28,366 nt of DNA from Octopus sinensis (taxonomy: Eukaryota): positions 1-28,366 of the forward strand of contig NW_021833506.1 in NCBI RefSeq assembly GCF_006345805.1, written 5' to 3'. A program made the position numbers and the translations under genes. Shown piece after piece: positions 22,179 through 28,366 of the stretch. Positions within the stretch are counted from its first letter, which is position 1. Each line of letters starts with the position of its first letter. The notes under the pieces are model-generated. The model did no database searches. It worked only from the letters and a program-made list of their open reading frames with translations, and was not told where the DNA came from.

Positions 22179-22220
22179 AACTGTTCTTCAGAATTTCACA
22201 TTCCCGTTCATCGGACAATT
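22179..22220 (-). ncRNA. Variant minimal hammerhead-like motif (CCGAUGA core, non-canonical cleavage site)
   Basis: AATTGT-CCGATGA-ACG(GGAA)TGT-GAAA-TTCTGAA-GA-ACAGTT. Confidence 0.55.
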
Positions 22221-22276
22221 TCGGTTGAGAATGGAACAAAAATGTAAAAAATGAAAAATATAAATAAACAAATATG

Positions 22277-22318
22277 AACTGTCCGACGAACAGGACCATG
22301 AAATTCTGAAGAACAGTT
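22277..22318 (+). ncRNA. Variant minimal hammerhead-like motif (CCGACGA core, damaged stem II)
   Basis: AACTGT-CCGACGA-ACAGGACCAT-GAAA-TTCTGAA-GA-ACAGTT; stem I 6/6. Confidence 0.5.
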
Positions 22319-22451
22319 TTTGTAATGTCTTTGCGAGTTCATTAATAAAGCACATCTATCTGTCTACCTGTATGTATGTATATATTTATGTATATATGTG
22401 TATATATATACACACACACACGTACACGCACACACATACACACACATATGT

Positions 22452-22607
22452 GATGGGCCTCTTTCAGTTTCCGTCTACCAAATATCTACTTACAAGGCTT
22501 TGGTCGGTCCGAGGATATAGTAGAAGACACTTGCCTAAGGTGCCCCGCAGTGGGACTGAACCCGGAAGCATGAGGTTGGGAAGTAAGCTTCTTACCACGC
22601 AGCCATG
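22452..22607 (-). mobile_element. SINE family A, 5' half
   Basis: Reverse complement aligns with 27084-27240 throughout. Confidence 0.93.
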
Positions 22608-22813
22608 AATTAAAAGTAGTTCTGATAGTGTATATATTATCAGTCGTATATACACAGTGTATGTGTTTTGTTTAAAAGCTGTAAATGAGCGTATAAACGA
22701 ATCTCTGGCCGCTGGTACGTACATATGATTTGCTGGTAGGGACACAGTTGTTCTATGTTTAATCGATTTTTTATATGGACGTATTCGTATTCGAAACGTT
22801 ATAACATTCACCG

Positions 22814-22885
22814 CTGGCTCTAGCGCTGTAGACGTATGCAGGGCTCATAAACCGAAGGTCCGTAGATCGAAACTACGCTCTGCTA
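22814..22885 (+). pseudogene. Initiator tRNA-Met (CAT) pseudogene
   Basis: From 22821 it aligns without gaps to eukaryotic tRNA-iMet (from memory): anticodon loop CTCATAA, perfect T-arm CGTAG-ATCGAAA-CTACG with the initiator-specific loop, and 3' strand CTCTGCTA. The 5' acceptor strand is lost and the anticodon stem is broken. Confidence 0.8.
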
Positions 22886-22892
22886 TTATTGT

Positions 22893-22945
22893 CAAGGCGG
22901 TGCCCCGGCATGGCTGCATTCTAATGGCTGAAACAATTAAAAAGT
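22893..22945 (+). mobile_element. SINE family A, 3' tail fragment
   Basis: AAGGCGGTGCCCCGGCATGGCTGCA..TGGCTGAAACAA matches about 27418-27462. Confidence 0.75.
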
Positions 22946-23168
22946 TTTTTTCAGAAATTTAAAAAGATGAAGTGAAAAAATTTAAAGGGGTCGCACTGAA
23001 GTAGGACACAACATCGACTTACAAACCTCTAAAATACTCGGTGGTATACAATGATTTCAAAATGAAGTACCGTGTTCTTACAAGCAATTAGTATATAAGT
23101 ATGAATGTATAAATCATTCAATCTCTCTCTCCCTCTCTCTCTCTTTCTCTCTCTCTGTATCTATTTAC

Positions 23169-23205
<37 letters not shown>

Positions 23206-23267
23206 AATACACACAAAAACGCAAGCGTATACATACATGCATAAATACATATACACGCACACACATA

Positions 23268-23324
<57 letters not shown>

Positions 23325-23499
23325 ATATATGCATATATGTGTGTATGGGTGTGTGTGTCTAGAATCCTGAGTATATAGCTTATGTTATCTTTTTGAGTCT
23401 CATATATAATATACTAACATATGATTTTTTAATTTAATATTCCCTTAATACCATTATGATTATATGTCTTATCTCTTAATCCTCGTAGAGATAATGATA

Positions 23500-23707
23500 T
23501 TTATGTATCATAATCATAATCATCATCATCATAATTATAATTATTATTATTATCATCAACATCACCATCATCAACATTATCATCATCATCGTCATCATTA
23601 CTATTATTATTATCATTATCATCATCATCATCATTCTTCTTCTTCTTCTTCTTCTTCTTCTTCTTCTTCTTCTTCTTCTTCTTCTTCTTCTTCTTCTTCT
23701 TCTTTTC

Positions 23708-23739
<32 letters not shown>

Positions 23740-23740
23740 C
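23500..23740. repeat. Compound CAT/TAT array with a perfect (TCT)n run
   Basis: Direct inspection. Confidence 0.95.
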
Positions 23741-23917
23741 TCATCATCTCTGTCACCATAGAGATTATAATGGTTATGTTCTGTGTTTGTTTTAAATAAA
23801 TAAGAAAAAGAATAGAATTTCCAAAAGTAGCCGAAAGAACTTAGAAATCCACGGACAACGGTTTTTTCCCCAAAATTTTGGGAATTTTATTTGCCTATCT
23901 TTCTTTCTTTCTTTCCT

Positions 23918-23949
<32 letters not shown>

Positions 23950-24002
23950 TCCTTCTTTCCTTCTTCTTTCTTCCTTTCTTGGCCTTTCTTCATTTTCATT
24001 AA

Positions 24003-24379
24003 TTATCACCGCCTTACCGAAGGCAGAGGTATTGTTTTCAGTCGTTTTTGTTTCTCCATGGACAAGATATCTCAAGAACCGCTGGATAGATTCGAATGAA
24101 ACTTTTGGGCTCGAGATGTTTGGCCTTGAGACTGGCACGAACTGATTAGATTATGGAATCGATCCAGTATCGGACAAAGATTCTGGATTAGTTTTCCTTT
24201 TTTTTTGCATATTTTCAATTTTTGAAAGCGGCCGGGTTCATTTTTAGTATTCTCGTTTGTGAGAGCAGTCGAGTTTATTTCAGACATTCTCAGTTTAAAA
24301 ATCATCTCCGACTAATCGTGGAGAGGACGTTGGTGTTGCCTTGGCAGAGGTTTGCGCTCTCTGTCTGAGTGCTCTTGTT
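24003..24379 (+). mobile_element. Helentron-associated non-autonomous element (HINE / DINE-1-like)
   Basis: 5' sub-terminal motif and palindrome CCGCCTT-ACCG-AAGGCAGAGGT, core GATATCTCAAGAACCGCTGGAT.GATTCG.ATGAAACTT, 3' GCCTTGGCAGAGGT followed by the hairpin GCGCTC..GAGTGC and a T-rich end. This is the known DINE-1/HINE layout. Confidence 0.72.
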
Positions 24380-24391
24380 CTCAATATTTTA

Positions 24392-24546
24392 AAGCGGCGA
24401 GTTGGCAGAATCATTAGCACACCGGACAAAAGGCTTAACGGCATTTCGTTCTTCTTTAGGTTTTGAGTTCAAATTCCAACGTGATCGACTTAACTATTAT
24501 CCCCCCCACAAACTGCAGGCCTTGTACCCGTTGTAGAAAAGAAAGG
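24392..24546 (+). mobile_element. SINE family B, core deleted
   Basis: Head AAGCGGCGAGTTGGCAGAATC..TTAGCAC and box B GAGTTCAAATTCC join directly to GATCGACTTAAC..GGCCTTGTACC. Confidence 0.82.
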
Positions 24547-24946
24547 ATTATTACTCAATGCATTGCATTGTTTCTTCCATTCATTCTACCAACCTTCATT
24601 CTTCATTCATTTTTTAAATCCCTATTCGTCATCTTCTTTCACATTTCTCAATAAAGTACCTCTACAAATTCATTGAACATCTTTCTCAATTCCTCCAAGA
24701 GAAATCGCAATAACGACAAGATATCTACAATACTAACAAAAAACAAAACAACATTTGGAACGCAATTCCGGTATATATGTAGCGTCTAGATTTATATGCT
24801 ATACCCAATAATACATTCCGAAAAGCTGCCTCGAGTACTTTGCAAGTCTTTGGCCGAGCTAGTCCTTTGTACACGATAAAATATATTAGAAATGAAACTC
24901 TGCTATGCTATATAATACTGGACTATACTATGCAAGCTATATATAT

Positions 24947-24977
<31 letters not shown>

Positions 24978-24984
24978 GATGTAT

Positions 24985-25105
24985 AGGCACAAACGTGGTA
25001 CAAATGCTTACTTCCCAACCATATGGTTCCAGTTTCAGTTCCACTGCGTGGCACTTTGGGTGACTACTCTGGCCGACTAAAGTCTTGCATACTAGCTTGG
25101 TATTT
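24985..25105 (+). mobile_element. SINE family A, degenerate 5' part
   Basis: CTTCCCAACCATATGGTTCCAGTTTCAGTTCCACTGCGTGGCACTTTGGG...GGCCGACTAAAGTCTTG. Confidence 0.8.
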
Positions 25106-25794
25106 ATATACATATATATACATACATACAAACATACATACATATGTATATATATATATATATATATGTGTATGTTTGTATGTATGTATGTATATACATA
25201 CATATATATATGTATGTATATACATACATACATACATGCGTACATACATACATACATTCGTACCTACATACTGACAGGTGTACAACCACACGTCGTTGCT
25301 TGCGCAAGCAGTGTATTTAGTGATTATTTGCAAGCTGTTTAAACATCTCCACTTTAAACACGCATACGCTCACTCATACACCCACTACTCACTAAGATAA
25401 ACATCTATACACATCTAAGTACACACACACGCAGACACACACATACACACACACATATATTCACAGATTGACAGCAAATACTTGCGCAAAAGTTCTTTCA
25501 TCTAAACGGAATGATTGATTAATTGTGTTCTATGCTCTAGATGGTCAGAGAGAAACGTAGAAATAAAGACATATGCGTAGAATCGAAGACAGACTAACAA
25601 ATAGGTAGATATTCGATAGGTAGATAAAGATCGATCTATAGATACATACTGATAACGACCTAGAATATGATAAATCAATTTGTTAGCTGATCGATAAATT
25701 GATAAGATAATATATAGACAGACACTGATGGCGAATTAGTAGTATAGAATGAAATACTGACGAGCGTATATATATATATATGTGTGTGTGTGTG

Positions 25795-25831
<37 letters not shown>

Positions 25832-26151
25832 TTAGTTTTCTTTTTCGTTCAGTTAAGATCAGTTAAGATCAATTACTTCATCCAGTGAGAGGTAAATATT
25901 ATTTAATGTATACAATATACATTTACGAGATTTGTAAACTGTGTAGGTCGTGTGCTCAGATCTTGGCGATTACTTGCAGACACAGGGTGTGTTATTCAAA
26001 CTTACTTAGGCTAAATCTCCAATGTACGAAACTATCAGAAGCTTGCAACTGTATACTGTATACATTAAATAATGTATATACATACAAACATTCATACATA
26101 CATACATACATACATACATACATACATACATACATACATACATACATACAT

Positions 26152-26187
<36 letters not shown>

Positions 26188-26401
26188 TATATATATATAT
26201 ATATAATGTATCGTATATATTATATATATTATAATATATATATATATAATATACTGTCAGAATGATGTGGACGCCTCTGATGAGAATCCAACAAGTTTCT
26301 AAATCGATTAAGGTTTTTCATCTTATTTTTCAGTATGAGGAGAAATGGCTAAAATTTGCCCTGTTTATATTTATACCATATGCTATATATATATATATTT
26401 C

Positions 26402-26460
26402 GTTTTAACGGCGGTGCATCAGCATGGCCGCATCTCTGAGCTGAAACTACAGGAAAAAAA
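26402..26460 (+). mobile_element. SINE family A, 3' tail fragment
   Basis: GGCGGTGCATCAGCATGGCCGCA..GCTGAAAC. Confidence 0.65.
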
Positions 26461-27080
26461 TATATACACACAATAAACTTGTTTTGAAATAGTCTGACAG
26501 TTTCTCAGTATCATGTTTCCCTCACCTTGGTCAATATTGGCCTAGAATAAACGTAGAAGGAACTCGGCCAAGGTGATAAGTAGTAAAAGCGAATCTGAAG
26601 CGAAACCGATATCTACTTTGGTAAAGCAGAACAGTAAAAATATGCAACACTTTCTCAAGTTCAAAATGTGAAATTGTTTTTGTAATCTACACTCCAGCGA
26701 TGAAGCTTTGTATCTTTATTAGACGCCAGTCCCTTCCTTACAGGAACACTTCAAATAATTAGAAAGGGAAACGATCATTCATACGAACATACACACGCTC
26801 GTCCACACGTTCGTGTGATGAACAAAGGAAATGTTTTGGGGATTACTTGTTTTAAAGGGATGATAACACTTTGGAGTACCCTGCCTTCGATACCCGCAGA
26901 TACAGATTTAAAAAGAATGTTTTTTTTTATTTTACAGTTCACTTATTTATTCGTACGGACACTTTCACTTTCGAAATGGACAGGAAACACTAACAGAGTA
27001 CGCGATAAAACATTTCGACATTCAAGAGGCAAAAACAAAATCACAGAAACAAAATACACAAATGAATAAACAACAAAGAA

Positions 27081-27488
27081 GAGAGTGGCTGTGTGGTAAG
27101 TAGCTTGTTTACCAACCACATGGTTCCGGGTTCAGTCCCACTGCGTGGCATCTTGGGCAGGTGTCTTCTACTATAGCCTCGGGCCAACCAAAGCCTTGTG
27201 AGTGGATTTGGTAGACGGAAACTGAAAGAAGCCCGTCGTATATATGTATATATATATGCGTGTGTGTGTGTTTGTGTGAGTGTGTTGTCCCCTAGCATTG
27301 CTGACAACCGATGCTGGTGTGTTTATGTCCCCGTTACTAGCGGTTCGGCAAAAGAGACCGGATACAATAAGTACTGGGCTTACAAAAGAATAAGTCCCGG
27401 GGTTGAGTTGCTCGATTAAGGCGGTGCTCCAGCATGGCCGCAGTCAAATGACTGAAACAAGTAAAAGAGTAAAAGAGTAAAGAGTAAC
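27081..27488 (+). mobile_element. SINE family A, essentially full length
   Basis: Box A TGGCTGTGTGG (27086-27096), box B GGTTCAGTCCC (27129-27139), conserved central block, internal TA/TG repeat and (AAAGAGT)n tail; five to seven other fragments in this window match it. Confidence 0.95.
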
Positions 27489-27857
27489 CGTAACATTGAA
27501 ATAAACAATTATTAGTAAAAAGTATTCCGAACTGTGTAACAGATAATTTTAAAGATAGCGAGAGTAGCAGCAACAGTTCCAAAAATGACAACTAAAGCAA
27601 CTAGCACAGTGGTGAAATTCAAATCGCTTCTATATAGTAATTGGTACGCAGTGTAATTTAAGTCGCTTTTATAGAAATTGGTTCAAAGTCAATCCCGCAT
27701 CTATTACGCAACAAACAGGAAAAACAAATTACACAAAACACACTTCAATAGGAAGAAAATAAAACTAATTTGAAGAATTTTGCTTGAGTAATAGCGTTCC
27801 TTTGCTGCGCTGGTTCTATTCCTAGCGTAAAAAGATGGCACAGCTGTGAATCAGCCG

Positions 27858-28003
27858 TAGCTTCTTGGCAAAAGAGAGAGACAGAAATAGTACAAGGCTC
27901 AAGCAATTATAAATATTGGGGTCGATTTGTTCGACTACAGACAGTTCAGGATGATGCCCCAGGACGGCCGCTGTCCAATGACTGAAACAAACAAAAAGAT
28001 AAA
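27858..28003 (+). mobile_element. SINE family A, diverged 3' half
   Basis: GGCAAAAGAGA...TGGGGTCGATTTGTTCGACTA...GGCCGC..AATGACTGAAACAA. Confidence 0.8.
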
Positions 28004-28116
28004 TGAGAATGATAAATCATAAAACAACTAAAACGGATTAAGACGAGCACCTTCCAAAAAGCAGCAATGATGCCTGGCATTAATATAATAACGAAGATAA
28101 CGAGAAAAACATATAT

Positions 28117-28343
28117 ATTTCTTTATTGCCCACAAGGGGCTAAGCACAGAGGGGACAAACAAGGACAGACAAAGGGATTAAGTCGATTATATCGACCCCA
28201 GTGCGAAACTGGTACTTTATTTATCGACCCCGAAAGGATGAAAGGCAAAGTCGACCTCGGCGGAATTTGAACTCAGAACGTAACGGCAGACGAAATACCG
28301 ATAAGCATTACGCCCGGAGCGCTAACGTTTCTGCCAGTTCGCC
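28117..28343 (-). mobile_element. SINE family B, full-length monomer
   Basis: Reverse complement aligns end to end with 1173-1402 and 11461-11876. Confidence 0.95.
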
Positions 28344-28366
28344 GAGAAAAACATATAATTTAGTAC

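Larger units (their letters stand above)
22080..22351. mobile_element. Penelope-like pseudo-LTR fragments in inverted arrangement
   Basis: 76-bp inverted arms (22146-22221 and 22276-22351, 64/76 identical without gaps), each carrying a hammerhead-like fold. Confidence 0.7.

Noticed and set aside
5931-26265. Many YIYI/CVCV/HTHT/YLSI ORFs
   Set aside because: Translations of TA, TG, CA and TATC microsatellites.
26530-26610. CACCTTGG...CCAAGGTG inverted repeat
   Set aside because: Better explained as a heavily decayed minus-strand SINE-A head (GTAGAAG..GCCAAGGTG); too degenerate to list as a feature.

Overview
Repeat-saturated, AT-rich animal non-coding DNA, most likely an intron or intergenic stretch. 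The mix of very dense microsatellites and these SINE families resembles Octopus (coleoid cephalopod) genomes; this is an inference from recognition, not a database result. No host gene can be supported, and almost all ORFs in the track are translations of simple repeats. Supported content: (1) about 20 tRNA-headed SINE copies or fragments from three families; (2) a mariner MITE and a 5'-truncated D,D34D mariner transposase pseudogene with one premature stop; (3) a decayed restriction-like-endonuclease (R4/Dong-type) non-LTR retrotransposon tail; (4) a Helentron/DINE-1-like non-autonomous element; (5) an initiator tRNA-Met pseudogene abutting a SINE tail. The most interesting signal is up to six minimal type-I hammerhead-ribozyme-like motifs between 16.0 and 26.3 kb, of the kind carried by Penelope-like retroelements. 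One has a fully canonical core (18299-18359), one has an A6U core variant (16077-16114), and two form an inverted pair inside a 76-bp-arm hairpin (22146-22351). All structures and alignments were done by eye and need computational confirmation.
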